From NCBI RefSeq assembly GCF_032444005.1, contig NC_091284.1, forward strand, positions 386,384,001 to 386,448,000: a stretch of DNA of 64,000 nt, written 5' to 3'. This DNA is from Ranitomeya imitator (taxonomy: Eukaryota). The notes under the pieces are model-generated. The model worked only from the letters and a program-made list of their open reading frames with translations, had not been told where the DNA came from and ran no database searches. Shown one piece after another: positions 1 through 11,734 of this stretch. Each line of letters starts with the position of its first letter. The first letter of the stretch is position 1. The translations under genes and the position numbers were made by a program.

Positions 1-197
1 ATCGGGGCGATGTAGAATGGGAGCGCTAGCGAAGTGCGACTTTATAGAGATAAAGGCTTTGGAGACCTCCTCAGACCACAATTTGGGATTCGCTCCCTTC
101 TTGGTAAGGGCAACCAAGGGAGCTACCAAAGTCGAGAAGTGCGGGATGAACTGGCGATAATAGTTAATGTACCCCATAAAGCGCTGCACCACTTTAA
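1..197 (-). pseudogene. Ty3/gypsy pol fragment (RT thumb/RNase H connection), continuation of the pol interrupted at 9546-9549; runs off the window start
   Basis: Minus-strand translation from 197 reads (L)KVVQRFMGYINYYRQFIPHFSTLVAPLVALTKKGANPKLWSEEVSKAFISIKSHFASAPILHRPD. This is the typical gypsy segment after DPAK..AV.DWP.P.SLK, and it joins the RT ending at 9550 through the shared TTAA. Confidence 0.9.
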
Positions 198-212
198 CCC
201 CTTTCTGCCATC

Positions 213-273
213 TGACGTACTATTGCGTCCATGTGGGGTGGGCCCTACTTCCCAAGGACGCAATAGTACGTCA
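213..273. repeat. Subterminal 18-bp perfect inverted repeat at the piggyBac left end
   Basis: TGACGTACTATTGCGTCC (213-230) / GGACGCAATAGTACGTCA (256-273). Confidence 0.9.
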
Positions 274-1521
274 TGCCCTTTAATGCGACACTGCGACTTA
301 AGTCGCAGTGATCGCATTAAAATTCCGACGCCATCTTACCTGCAGGAAGATGGTGTCGGCATCCTAGGGCCTGTCGCCGCCCCCCCGGCCTCCCGATCGC
401 TGTGATTGGCTGCTCAATTCTGAGCAGCCAATCGCAGCCTTTCTCATTGTTTCAGCCAATCAATTTGGCTGAAACAGTGAGGTCCCAGCCTAGGATCGAG
501 TACCGATGTACTCGATCCTAGGCCAGTGCCTGGCAATGCCAGGCATGTGCCCAAACCCCCCCGGGATTGGCGCGATCGCGATAGATCGATCGCGCCAATC
601 GCAGGGCACAGCGGCGGTGTTACCGCTCTGTGCCCTGCCCCTATCTGCGCACTCTGCAGCCCCGGGCCATGGCTCCGGATCTCCTGCCATGGCTCCGGAG
701 CATTCAACTCTGATTGGCGCGATCGACGATCACATCGATCGCGCCAATCGCAGGACACAGCGACGGTGTTACCGCCGCTGCTGTGTCCTGCCTACCTGCG
801 CGCTCTGCAGCCCCGTGTTCCCAGTCTGATTGGCGCGATCGATGTGATCGTCGATCGCGCCAATCACAGGGCACAGCAGCGGTGTGACCGCGCTGTGCCC
901 TGCCGGTGCCCTGCCGGTGACCTGCCGGTCACCTGCCTGTCACCTGCCTGTCACCTGCCGGTGACCTGCCGGTGACCTGCCTATGATCGGAGCTGTGAGC
1001 TCCGATCATAGGCTGGTGCATAGCAACACCAGCGTCACCAGGGCCTTCTTTGATTGGTGGGATCGATGTGATCATCGATCCCACCAATCACAGGTCACAG
1101 CAGCGGTGTGACCGCTCTGTGACCTGTCTCACCTGCCCCTGACCTGTGTAACTGCTCTGAAGGAATCCTCACACTTGGTGAGGATTCCTTCAGAGCGGTC
1201 ACGCTTTGAGATCCCCTCCTGTGCTGAGACTTGTGGTGCCACAGTAGCCTGTGACACCACAATTCTAGCTAAAGAAAGAAGAGAGAAGAAAGAAGAGAGA
1301 CTACAAACCGTAAGTGTTGATACCCCGATCCCGGCCCGATCTCTATTCATCCCCCCTTCTCCCGTCCCCCCTTCTCCCATCCCCCCTTCTTCCATCCCCC
1401 CTTCTCCCATCCCCCTTCTCCAATCCCCCCTCCTTGCGCCGTATCCGTGCCCAAATTTAGCAGCCGCCGAGCGTTGATTGGTGACGCAGTTCACCTATCA
1501 ACACTCGTGCTCGCTTTTTTT

Positions 1522-3333
1522 TTCCCCATCCCCGTGCGCTCCCCCAGCCGCCGCGTCTAATCTGTGCCTTCCCTTTTCTTTTTTTTTTTTCTTTCCCCAT
1601 CTCCGTGCGCTCCTCCAGCCGCTGCGTCTAATCCGTGCCTTTTCTTTTTTTTTTCCCCCATCCCCTTGCGCTCCCCCAGCTGCCGCGTCTAATCTGTGCC
1701 TTCCCTTTTCTTTTTTTTTCTTTCCCCATCTCCGTGCGCTCCTCCAGCCGCTGCGTCTAATCCGTGCCTTTTCTTTTTTTTTTCCCCCATCCCCTTGCGC
1801 TCCCCCAGCCGCCGCGTCTAATCTGTGCCTTCCCTTTTCTTTTTTTTTTCTTTCCCCATCTCCGTGCGCTCCTCCAGCCTCTGCGTCTAATCCGTGCCTT
1901 TTCTTTTTTTTTTCCCCCATCCCCTTGCGCTCCCCCAGCCGCCGCATCTAATCTGTGCCTTCCCTTTTCTTTTTTTCTCTTTCCCCATCTCCGTGCGCTC
2001 CTCCAGCCGCTGCGTCTAATCCGTGCCTTTTCTTTCTTTTTTTTCCCCCATCCCCTTGCGCTCCCCCAGCCGCCGCATCTAATCTGTGCCTTCCCTTTTC
2101 TTTTTTTTTCTTTCCCCATCTCCGTGCGCTCCTCCAGCCGCTGCGTCTAATCCGTGCCTTTTCTTTTTTTTTTCCCCCATCCCCTTGCGCTCCCCCAGCT
2201 GCCGCGTCTAATCTGTGCCTTCCCTTTTCTTTTTTTTTTCTTTCCCCATCTCCGTGCGCTCCTCCAGCCGCTGCGTCTAATCCGTGCCTTTTCTTTTTTT
2301 TTCCCCCATCCCCTTGCGCTCCCCCAGCCGCCGCTTCTAATCTGTGCCTTCCCTTTTCTTTTTTTTTTTTCTTTCCCCATCTCCGTGCGCTCCTCCAGCC
2401 GCTGCGTCTAATCCGTGCCTTTTCTTTTTTTTTTCCCCCATCCCCTTGCGCTCCCCCAGCTGCCGCGTCTAATCTGTGCCTTCCCTTTTCTTTTTTTTTT
2501 CTTTCCCCATCTCCGTGCGCTCCTCCAGCCGCTGCGTCTAATCCGTGCCTTTTCTTTTTTTTTTCCCCCATCCCCTTGCGCTCCCCCAGCCGCCGCATCT
2601 AATCTGTGCCTTCCCTTTTCTTTTTTTTTCTTTCCCCATCTCCGTGCGCTCCTCCAGCCGCTGCGTCTAATCCGTGCCTTTTCTTTTTTTTTTCCCCCAT
2701 CCCCTTGCGCTCCCCCAGCTGCCGCGTCTAATCTGTGCCTTCCCTTTTCTTTTTTTTTTCTTTCCCCATCTCCGTGCGCTCCTCCAGCCGCTGCGTCTAA
2801 TCCGTGCCTTTTCTTTTTTTTTTCCCCCATCCCCTTGCGCTCCCCCAGCCGCCGCGTCTAATCTGTGCCTTCCCTTTTCTTTTTTTTTTCTTTCCCCATC
2901 TCCGTGCGCTCCTCCAGCCTCTGCGTCTAATCCGTGCCTTTTCTTTTTTTTTTCCCCCATCCCCTTGCGCTCCCCCAGCCGCCGCATCTAATCTGTGCCT
3001 TCCCTTTTCTTTTTTTCTCTTTCCCCATCTCCGTGCGCTCCTCCAGCCGCTGCGTCTAATCCGTGCCTTTTCTTTCTTTTTTTTCCCCCATCCCCTTGCG
3101 CTCCCCCAGCCGCCGCATCTAATCTGTGCCTTCCCTTTTCTTTTTTTTTCTTTCCCCATCTCCGTGCGCTCCTCCAGCCGCTGCGTCTAATCCGTGCCTT
3201 TTCTTTTTTTTTTCCCCCATCCCCTTGCGCTCCCCCAGCCGCCGCATCTAATCTGTGCCTTCCCTTTTCTTTTTTTTTCCCCCATCCCCTTGCGCTCCCC
3301 CAGCCGCCGCGTCTAATCTGTGCCTTCCCTTTT
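1522..3333. repeat. Tandem array, ~130-bp unit made of two related ~65-bp pyrimidine-rich subunits with poly-T tracts (~14 units)
   Basis: Alternating CCCCATCTCCGTGCGCTCCTCCAGCCGCTGCGTCTAATCCGTGCC and CCCCATCCCCTTGCGCTCCCCCAGCCGCCGCGTCTAATCTGTGCC motifs separated by T-runs. Confidence 0.95.
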
Positions 3334-3647
3334 CACATCCCCGTTCGCACACCCAGCAGCCACCGAACTCTGATAAGTGAACCGTGTCACTTAGAGCTCT
3401 CGTGCCTGGCGTTTTTTCCACATCCCCGTTCGTACACCCAGCAGGCGCCGAAATTTGACGCGGTTCACTTATCAGAGCTAGGGCCTGCTGTTTTAGACTT
3501 TTCCTTTCACAGGTATTTTTTTCTCCCCTTTACTTTTTCTTTCCCTTTAGCTTTTTCTTTTAAGAATAGTTTGCACCAAACACTATCCCCCCACACGTAC
3601 ACATAGTTCCCAATAAATTACACCCAAGCACCATACTCATAAAAAAA

Positions 3648-5429
3648 ATGTCCCGCTCGTCCCGTTCGTCCCAACAGCGCTATTCAGCGGAGGAGGCATA
3701 TGCTTTCCTTGCCTCCGACACTGATAGCGAGGGAGAGGATCCCACTTTTCATTATTTTTCTGATTCTTCCTCATCCTCTTCCTCCTCCTCATCTTCCTCC
3801 TCCGGCCCTGCGGAACCGCCACGCAGACGCCGCAGAACAGAAGTGCCCATCATTCATGAAGATGAAGATGAGGCAGGGCCCACTCCTGAAGATGAACCAG
3901 CGCGCCCCTCTTCGGACCCCGTATGGACCTCGCCCCCCGAAAATTACGAGCCACTGATTCCTGATTTTGTGGCAGAATCAGGAATCAGTTTTGACACCAC
4001 CGGCCTCACAGAAATAGACTTTTTCAAAGTCTTTTTCTCTGAGGATTTTGTTAACCTCATGGTGGAGCAAACTAATTTGTATGCTCGTCAATTTTTGGAG
4101 CAAAACACCAGTTCATCATATTCTAACTGGTCTCCTCTAGACGCAGTTGAAATGATGCAGTTTTGGGGCCTGATGCTTCATATGGGGCTCCTGAAGAAGC
4201 CAGAAGTTCGGCAATATTGGAGTGTTGATATTTTATTCAACACTCCAGTGTTCCGAATGGTCATGGTCCGAACGCGTTTTGAGGCCATCCATAAATTCCT
4301 GCATTATTCTGATAATGCACAGTGTCCCGCACGAGATGACCCCAACTTTGACCGTCTGTTCAAAGTTCGGCCTGTCATCGAACACTTCAACAAAAAGTTC
4401 GGTGAAGTGTACGTGCCCAAAAGGGACATCTGCGTGGATGAGTCCTTGGTTCATTTTAAGGGGCGGCTCAGATTCCGTCAATACCTGCCCAGCAAGAGGG
4501 CCAGGTACGGAATCAAACTCTACAAGCTGTGTGAGAGTACCTCAGGGTACATTTACAGCTTTAGAGTCTACGAGGGGAAGGACAGCAGGATTGAACCGCC
4601 TGAGTGTCCCCCTGTCCTGGGAGTGAGTGGGAAAATAGTGTGGGATTTGGTGCACCCACTGCTGGATAAAGGTTATCACCTCTATACTGATAACTTTTAT
4701 ACCAGCATCCCACTCTACAAATCCCTCTCTGCGCGAGGTACCGCAGCCTGCGGTACTGTCCGCAAAAATCAGAGAGGCCTCCCAAAGACGCTACTTGGGC
4801 AGATGCTCAGAAAAGGTGAGAGCAGAGCCCAATGTAGCGACCACCTGCTGGTGGTCAAGTACAAGGACAAGAGGGATGTCCTTCTCTTGACCACCATACA
4901 CGGTGATGGCAGTGCCCTCAGCACTGTACGGGGTACCTCTACACAGGTCTGCAAACCGGACTGTGTACTGGGGTACAACAAAAGCATGGGGGGCGTTGAT
5001 CTCTCCGATCAGCTCCTCCAACTGTACAGTGCTTTGAGGAAGGCCAAGGTGTGGTACAAAAAGCTGTCCGTGTACATCGTACAAATGGCAATGCTCAACG
5101 CTTTCCTGCTGTCACAATGTGCACGCCACAGCGATACGTCGTACCTTCAGTTCCAGGAGGTAGTGGTTAAGGCCCTGTTATTTGGCACGAGGGAAGGAGC
5201 GGGCCCCAGTACTTCCGGAACTGAAGGTGCTCGTATCGTACCAGGTCAGCATTTCCCGGGGGAGGTCCCGCAAACTGCAAAAAGAGGTAGGTCGCAAAAA
5301 AGGTGCCGAGTGTGTTACAAAAGGGGAATACGCAAGGACACCACTTATCAATGCGACACCTGCCCCGAAAAACCTGGCCTGTGTATGAAGGATTGCTTCA
5401 GATTGTACCACACCTCCATGCACTACTAA
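3648..5429 (+). CDS. piggyBac transposase (PGBD4-like family), 593 aa, intact
   Basis: Acidic/Ser-rich N-terminus; catalytic-triad contexts ICVDESLVHFKGR, LYTDNFYTS and MGGVDLSDQ; C-terminal Cys-rich domain CRVC..CDTC..LC...CF.LYH. No stops or frameshifts. Confidence 0.96.
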   Translation: MSRSSRSSQQRYSAEEAYAFLASDTDSEGEDPTFHYFSDSSSSSSSSSSSSSGPAEPPRRRRRTEVPIIHEDEDEAGPTPEDEPARPSSDPVWTSPPENYEPLIPDFVAESGISFDTTGLTEIDFFKVFFSEDFVNLMVEQTNLYARQFLEQNTSSSYSNWSPLDAVEMMQFWGLMLHMGLLKKPEVRQYWSVDILFNTPVFRMVMVRTRFEAIHKFLHYSDNAQCPARDDPNFDRLFKVRPVIEHFNKKFGEVYVPKRDICVDESLVHFKGRLRFRQYLPSKRARYGIKLYKLCESTSGYIYSFRVYEGKDSRIEPPECPPVLGVSGKIVWDLVHPLLDKGYHLYTDNFYTSIPLYKSLSARGTAACGTVRKNQRGLPKTLLGQMLRKGESRAQCSDHLLVVKYKDKRDVLLLTTIHGDGSALSTVRGTSTQVCKPDCVLGYNKSMGGVDLSDQLLQLYSALRKAKVWYKKLSVYIVQMAMLNAFLLSQCARHSDTSYLQFQEVVVKALLFGTREGAGPSTSGTEGARIVPGQHFPGEVPQTAKRGRSQKRCRVCYKRGIRKDTTYQCDTCPEKPGLCMKDCFRLYHTSMHY

Positions 5430-5490
5430 TTTACTTTACAGGAAACAGTAGATTAGTTCCAAAAAGGGGGCACATCTATGTAAGTTCATT

Positions 5491-8400
5491 GGGGGTCTAG
5501 TTTACAAAATGTCACTTGTGGTTTTTTTTTTACTGTTTGGGCACATCAGGGGCTGTGCAAACAGAACATGATGTCCGCGTACCATTCCATCAAAGTCTGC
5601 TTTTCAAAGCGTCATTACTTCCCTTCCGAGCCCCGAAGTGTACCCAAACAGTAGTTTTCTCCCACATGTGGGGTATCAGCGTACTCAGGACAAATTGGAC
5701 AACAACTTTTGGGGTCCAATTTCTCCTGTTACACTTGGGAAAATTAAAAATTGGGGACTAAATGATCATTTTTGTAGGAAAAAATAGGATATTTTATTTT
5801 CACGCCCGGGCGTTATAAATTTAAGTGAAACACTTGGGGGTTCAAAATTCTCACCACACACCTAGATAAGTTCCCAATTAGGTCTAGTTTCCAAAATGGG
5901 GTCACTTGTGGGGGATTTCTACTGTTCAGGCACATCAGGGGCTCTGCAAACGGAACATGATGTCCGCGTACCATTCCATCAAAGTCTGCTTTTCAAAGCG
6001 TCACTACTTCCCTTCCGAACCCCGAAGTGTACCCAAACAGTAGTTTTCTCCCACATGTGGGGTATCAGCGTACTCAGGACAAATTGGACAACAACTTTTG
6101 GGGTCCAATTTCTCCTGTTACACTTGGGAAAATTAAAAATTGGGGACTAAATGATCATTTTTGTAGGAAAAAATAGGATATTTTATTTTCACGCCCGGGC
6201 GTTATAAATTTAAGTGAAACACTTGGGGGTTCAAAATTCTCACCACACACCTAGATAAGTTCCCAGTTAGGTCTAGTTTCCAAAATGGGGTCACTTGTGG
6301 GGGATTTCTACTGTTCAGGCACATCAGGGGCTCTGCAAACGGAACATGATGTCCGCGTACCATTCCATCAAAGTCTGCTTTTCAAAGCGTCACTACTTCC
6401 CTTCCGAACCCCGAAGTGTACCCAAACAGTAGTTTTCTCCCACATGTGGGGTATCAGCGTACTCAGGACAAATTGGACAACAACATTTGGGGTCCAACTT
6501 CTCCTGTTACACTTGGGAAAATTAAAAATTGGGGACTAAATGATCATTTTTGTGGGAAAAAATAGGGTTGTTTTTTTTCACGCCCAGGCGTTATAAACTT
6601 TCGTGAAGCACTTGGGGGATAAAAGTGCTCACGACACATCTAGATAAGTTCCTTAGGGGGTCTAGTTTCCAAAATGGGGTCACTTGTGGGGGTTTTCCAC
6701 TGTTTAGGCACATCAGGGGCTCGCCAAACGTGACATGGCGTCCGATCTCAATTCCAGCCAATTTTAGATTGAAAATGTCAAACGGCGCTCCTTTCCTTCT
6801 GAGCCCTGCCATGCGCCCAAACAGTGGTTCCCCCCCACATATGGGGTATCAGCGTACTCAGGACAAATTGGACAACAACTTTTGGGGTCCAATTTCTCCT
6901 TTTACCCTTGAGAAAATAAAAAATTGGGGACTAAACGATCACGTTTGTGGAAAAAATAGGATTTTTTATTTTCACACCCAGGCATTATAAACTTTCGTGA
7001 AGCACTTGGGGGATAAAAGTGCTCACGACACATCTAGATAAGTTCCTTAGGGGGTCTAGTTTCCAAAATGGGGTCACTTGTGGGGGTTTTCCACTGTTTA
7101 GGCACATCAGGGGCTCGCCAAACGTGACATGGCGTCCGATCTCAATTCCAGCCAATTTTAGATTGAAAATGTCAAACGGTACTCCTTTCCTTCTGAGCCC
7201 TGCCATGCGCCCAAACAGTGGTTCCCCCCCAGATATGGGGTGTCAGCGTACTCAGGACAAATTGGACAACAACTTTTGGGGTCCAATTTCTCCTTTTACC
7301 CTTGAGAAAATAAAAAATTGGGGACTAAACGATCACGTTTGTGGAAAAAATAGGATTTTTTATTTTCACGCCCCAGGCATTATAAACTTTCGTGAAGCAC
7401 TTGGGGGATAAAAGTGCTCACGACACATCTAGATAAGTTCCTTAGGGGGTCTAGTTTCCAAAATGGGGTCACTTGTGGGGGTTTTCCACTGTTTAGGCAC
7501 ATCAGGGGCTCACCAAACGTGACATGGCGTCCGATCTCAATTCCAGCCAATTTTAGATTGAAAATGTCAAACGGCGCTCCTTTCCTTCTGAGCCCTGCCA
7601 TGCGCCCAAACAGTGGTTCCCCCCCACATATGGGGTATCAGCGTACTCAGGACAAATTGGACAACAACTTTTGTGGTCCAATTTCTCCTTTTACCCTTGA
7701 GAAAATAAAAAATTGGGGACTAAACGATCACGTTTGTGGAAAAAATAGGATTTTTTATTTTCACGCCCAGGCATTATAAACTTTCGTGAAGCACTTGGGG
7801 GATAAAAGTGCTCACGACACATCTAGATAAGTTCCTTAGGGGGTCTAGTTTCCAAAATGGGGTCACTTGTGGGGGTTTTACACTGTTTAGGCACATCAGG
7901 GGCTCGCCAAACGTGACATGGCGTCCGATCTCAATTCCAGCCAATTTTAGATTGAAAATGTCAAACGGTACTCCTTTCCTTCTGAGCCCTGCCATGCGCC
8001 CAAACAGTGGTTCCCCCCCACATATGGGGTATCAGCGTACTCAGGACAAATTGGACAACAACTTTTGGGGTCCAATTTCTCCTTTTACCTTTGAGAAAAT
8101 AAAAAATTGGGGACTAAACGATCATGTTTGTGGAAAAAATAGGATTTTTTATTTTCACGCCCGAGCATTATAAACTTTCGTGAAGCACTTGGGGGATAAA
8201 AGTGCTCATGACACATCTAGATAAGTTTCTTAGGGGGTCTAGTTTCCAAAATGGGGTCACTTGTGGGGGTTTTCCACTGTTTAGGCACATCAGGGGCTCG
8301 CCAAACGTGACATGGCGTCCGATCTCAATTCCAGCCAATTTTAGATTGAAAATGTCAAACGGCGCTCCTTTCCTTCTGAGCCCTGCCATGCGCCCAAACA

Positions 8401-8880
8401 GTGGTTCCCCCCACATATGGGGTATCAGCGTACTCAGGACAAATTGGACAACAACTTTTGGGGTCCAATTTCTCCTTTTACCCTTGAGAAAATAAAAAAT
8501 TGGGGACTAAACGATCATGTTTGTGGAAAAAATAGGATTTTTTATTTTCATGCCCGGGCATTATAAACTTTCGTGAAGCACTTGGGGGATAAAAGTGCTC
8601 ATGACACATCTAGATAAGTTCCTTAGGGGGTCTAGTTTCCAAAATGGGGTCACTTGTGGGGGGTTTCCACTGTTTAGGCACATCAGGGGCTCGCCAAACG
8701 CGACATGGCGTCCGATCTCAATTCCAGCCAATTTTAGATTGAAAATGTCAAACGGCGCTCCTTTTCTTCTGAGCCCTGCCGTGCGCCCAAAAAGTGGTTC
8801 CCCCTCACATGTGGGGTATCAGCGTACTCATGACAAATTGGACAACAACTTTTGAGGTCCATTTCATCTTTTTACCCTTG
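5491..8880. repeat. Paired tandem array inside piggyBac: ~3 copies of a 389-bp unit followed by ~5.7 copies of a related 394-395-bp unit
   Basis: The anchor GGTCTAGTTTCCAAAATGGGGTCACTTGTGGGG recurs. Repeated ORF starts give periods of 389 (5896, 6285) and 394-395 (6625, 7019, 7414, 7808, 8202, 8595). Confidence 0.95.
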
Positions 8881-9549
8881 GGAAATTAAAAAAATTATTG
8901 CTGAAAGATCATTTTTGTGACTAAAAAGTAAAATGTTAATTTTTTCCTTCCATGTTGCTTCTGCTGCTGTGAAACACCTGAAGGGTTAATCAACTTCTTG
9001 AATTTGGTTTTGCGCACCTTTAGGGGTGCAGTTTTTAGAATGGTGTCACTTTTGGGTATTTTCTGCCATATAGACCCCTCAAAATGACTTCAAATGTGAG
9101 GTGGTCCCTAAAAAAAATGGTTTTCTAAATTTTGTTGTAAAAATGAGAAATTGCTGGTCAAATTTTAACCCTTATAACTTTGTAGAAAAAAAAAATGTTG
9201 TCTCCAAAATTGTGCTGATGTAAAGTAGACATGTGGGAAATGTTATTCATTAACAATATTGTGTCACATATCTCTCTGGCTTAACAGAATAAAAATTCAA
9301 AGTTGGAAAATTGCGAAATTTTCAAAATTTTTGCCAAATTTCCGTTTTTTTCACAAATAAACGCAAGTTATATCGAAGAAATTTTACCACTATCATGAAG
9401 TACAATATGTTACAAGAAAACAATGTCAGAATCACCGGGATCCGTTGAAGCGTTCCAGAGTTATAACCTCATAAAGGGAGAGTGGTCAGAATTGTAAAAA
9501 TTGGCCCGGTCCATAACGTGCAAACCACCCTTGGGGGTAAAGGGGTTAA

Positions 9550-10485
9550 GAGAATGGGGTTACTGCCAGTCCATCACAGCCTGTAGTTTGGCAGGATCCA
9601 TAGCCAATCCCTGGGCAGAGATGATGTAGCCTAGGAAAGGTAAGGACTCCTGCTCAAACATACACTTCTCCAACTTGGCATAGAGGGAGTTTGCCCGTAG
9701 GAGATCGAAGACTTTGCAAACATCTCTCCGGTGGGAGTCAATATCTGGAGAGTAGATGAGAATATCATCCAGATAGACTACGACCGAGGTGGAAAGCATA
9801 TCCCGGAAGATATCATTCACAAAGTCCTGGAAAACGGCTGGGGCATTACAGAGCCCGAAGGGCATCACCAGATATTCATAGTGCCCATCCCTGGTATTAA
9901 AAGCCGCCTTCCATTCGTCCCCCTCACGGATGCGAATCAGGTTGTAAGCACCCCGCAGATCTAATTTCGTAAATACCCTTGCTCCCCGGAGCCTATCGAA
10001 TAGCTCAGATATCAAGGGCAAGGGATATTTATTCTTGACGGTGATGGCATTAAGACCCCTGTAGTCTATGCATGGACGCAATTCCCCACTCTTCTTCTGC
10101 ACGAAGAAGAACCCTGCCCCAGCAGGAGACACTGACTTCCTAATGAATCCTCTTGCCAGATTTTCCTGGATGTATTGTGACATTGCCTCCGTCTCTGGGA
10201 GAGATAGCGGATAGACTCGACCCCGAGGAGGCTCAGCACCAGGCAAGAGGTCAATAAAACAGTCATAGGGGCGATGGGGCGGAAGAATCTCCGCCGCCTT
10301 TTTGGAGAACACATCTGCATAAGACCAATACTGTTTGGGGAGAGAGGAAAGATCTGCGGGTACCTCTGTTGTAGCAACCTGAACGCACTCCCTCTGACAC
10401 CAACCCCTACAAGATTCACCCCATCCCAGAATTCTGCCTGAGGACCACTCGATATGAGGAGAGTGATACCGTAGCCAAGGTATTT
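9550..10485 (-). pseudogene. Ty3/gypsy reverse transcriptase region, disrupted
   Basis: Motifs [52 protein letters not shown] and YLDD. Apparent frameshift near 9562, then interruption by piggyBac at TTAA. Confidence 0.93.
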
Positions 10486-11706
10486 CAACAGGACCTCATC
10501 AATTCCTTCCGGAATGACGAACAGAGAAATAATCTCCTGATGAGATGGCGACATGGACAGTGTAAAAGGGATGGTCTGGTGTGTTATCTGTGAAGGCAGT
10601 GTCGACCCATTCACCACTCGTACCGTTACTGGTTGAGCTAGCATAACCAGGGGTATTGCGTGACGTTGGGCAAAGGCAGAAGACATAAAATTGCCCTCCA
10701 CCCCAGAATCCACGCAGAGCTCTACCGAGTGGGAAAATGAGCCAATAGTAATTGTCCCCTTAAAGGACAATTTAGAGGCAAACGTCGCAGTGTCAAGTGT
10801 ACCTCCACCGACTACCACTAGACGCTGACGTTTCCTCGACCGCTGAGGACATCTGGTGGCTAGATGCCCTGACTGCTGGCAAACATTACAGACCCTGAGT
10901 GCACAAGCGGTCCGGGACTTAGATCCCGCTTGTGACACTTCCCTAGTCTCAGGTGACTCTGGAACCAGGACCGGAGATTCCAGAGGTTTGGCGAAAGTAG
11001 GAGCCAGCCGAAACCTCTGCCTACACTGGGCTCGTTCTAACCTCCGCTCGTTAAAACGGAGGTCAATTCGAGTGGAGACAGTTATTAAGTCCTCCAGTGT
11101 GGCAGGAATCTCCCTAGTGGCCAGAGCGTCCTTTACGTGGTCAGCCAGACCCCTCCAAAATATGGGGATAAGGGCCCTATCCGACCAATCCAGCTCAGAT
11201 GCTAAAGTGCAGAATTGGACGGCAAAATGACTGACCAAGGACTCACCCTGAGTTAATGCCAGCAGTTGGAGCACAGTGTCATGGGTGACTTGAGGTCCTA
11301 AAAAGACCTGTTTCAGAGTGCTCAGAAACAACGTAGCACTCTGCACCACATGATCGCCACGCTCCCATAGCGGCGTAGCCCATTCCAACGCACTGCCCGA
11401 CAAGAGAGAAACTATGAATGCCACCTTAGCCCGCTCTGTGGGAAAACGTGCAGCCAGGAGCTCGAGGTGAATAGAGCACTGACTCACAAATCCCCTACAA
11501 AATTTGCTATCACCAGAAAATTTTTCTGGCAGCGGGAGGCGAGAAAATGTCGGAACAGGGGTGGCAATGGACATATTTGCTGCAGCCACGCTGGCAGCTT
11601 GTACAGCAACTGCGGTAACATCCACAGCTGAGGTTGCGCTCTCGAGAGCCGCCAACCTACCCTCCAGCTGCTGGATATACCGCAAAGATTGCTGCTTGTC
11701 CGCCAT
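10486..11706 (-). pseudogene. Ty3/gypsy gag-protease region (gag and pro in one frame), frameshifted before RT
   Basis: Retrotransposon-gag segment (PEKFSGD...F..QC), CCHC knuckle CNVCQQSGHLATRC, protease VDSG. A 1-nt loss at ~10484-10485 breaks the expected [15 protein letters not shown] frame. Confidence 0.92.
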
Positions 11707-11722
11707 TACTAGCCAGACCCTG

Positions 11723-11733
11723 GCGCTAGTGTA
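11723..11733 (-). promoter_or_regulatory. Primer-binding site of self-priming (Tf1/sushi) type
   Basis: TACACTAGCGC (minus strand) lies 1 nt after the LTR end and is perfectly complementary to 11 nt at 12316-12306, which sit 30 nt downstream of TATATAAA (12346-12339). Confidence 0.8.
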
Positions 11734-11734
11734 A

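Larger units (their letters stand above)
198..9545 (+). mobile_element. Full-length piggyBac DNA transposon (9348 bp), apparently autonomous
   Basis: Flanked by TTAA at 194-197 and 9546-9549. Termini are CCCCTTT.../...AAAGGGG (7-bp perfect TIR). It contains an intact transposase ORF, and removing the element restores the gypsy pol sequence. Confidence 0.93.

Noticed and set aside
1478-3606. Many overlapping Lys/Gly-rich or Phe/Pro-rich ORFs of up to 216 aa
   Set aside because: They are translations of the 130-bp pyrimidine-rich satellite, open in several frames on both strands, with no domain content.
5516-8855. Repeated 73-130-aa ORFs (MLTTHLDKFLRG.., MAGLRRKG..)
   Set aside because: They recur with the ~390-bp period and are broken variably between units, so they are array artefacts.
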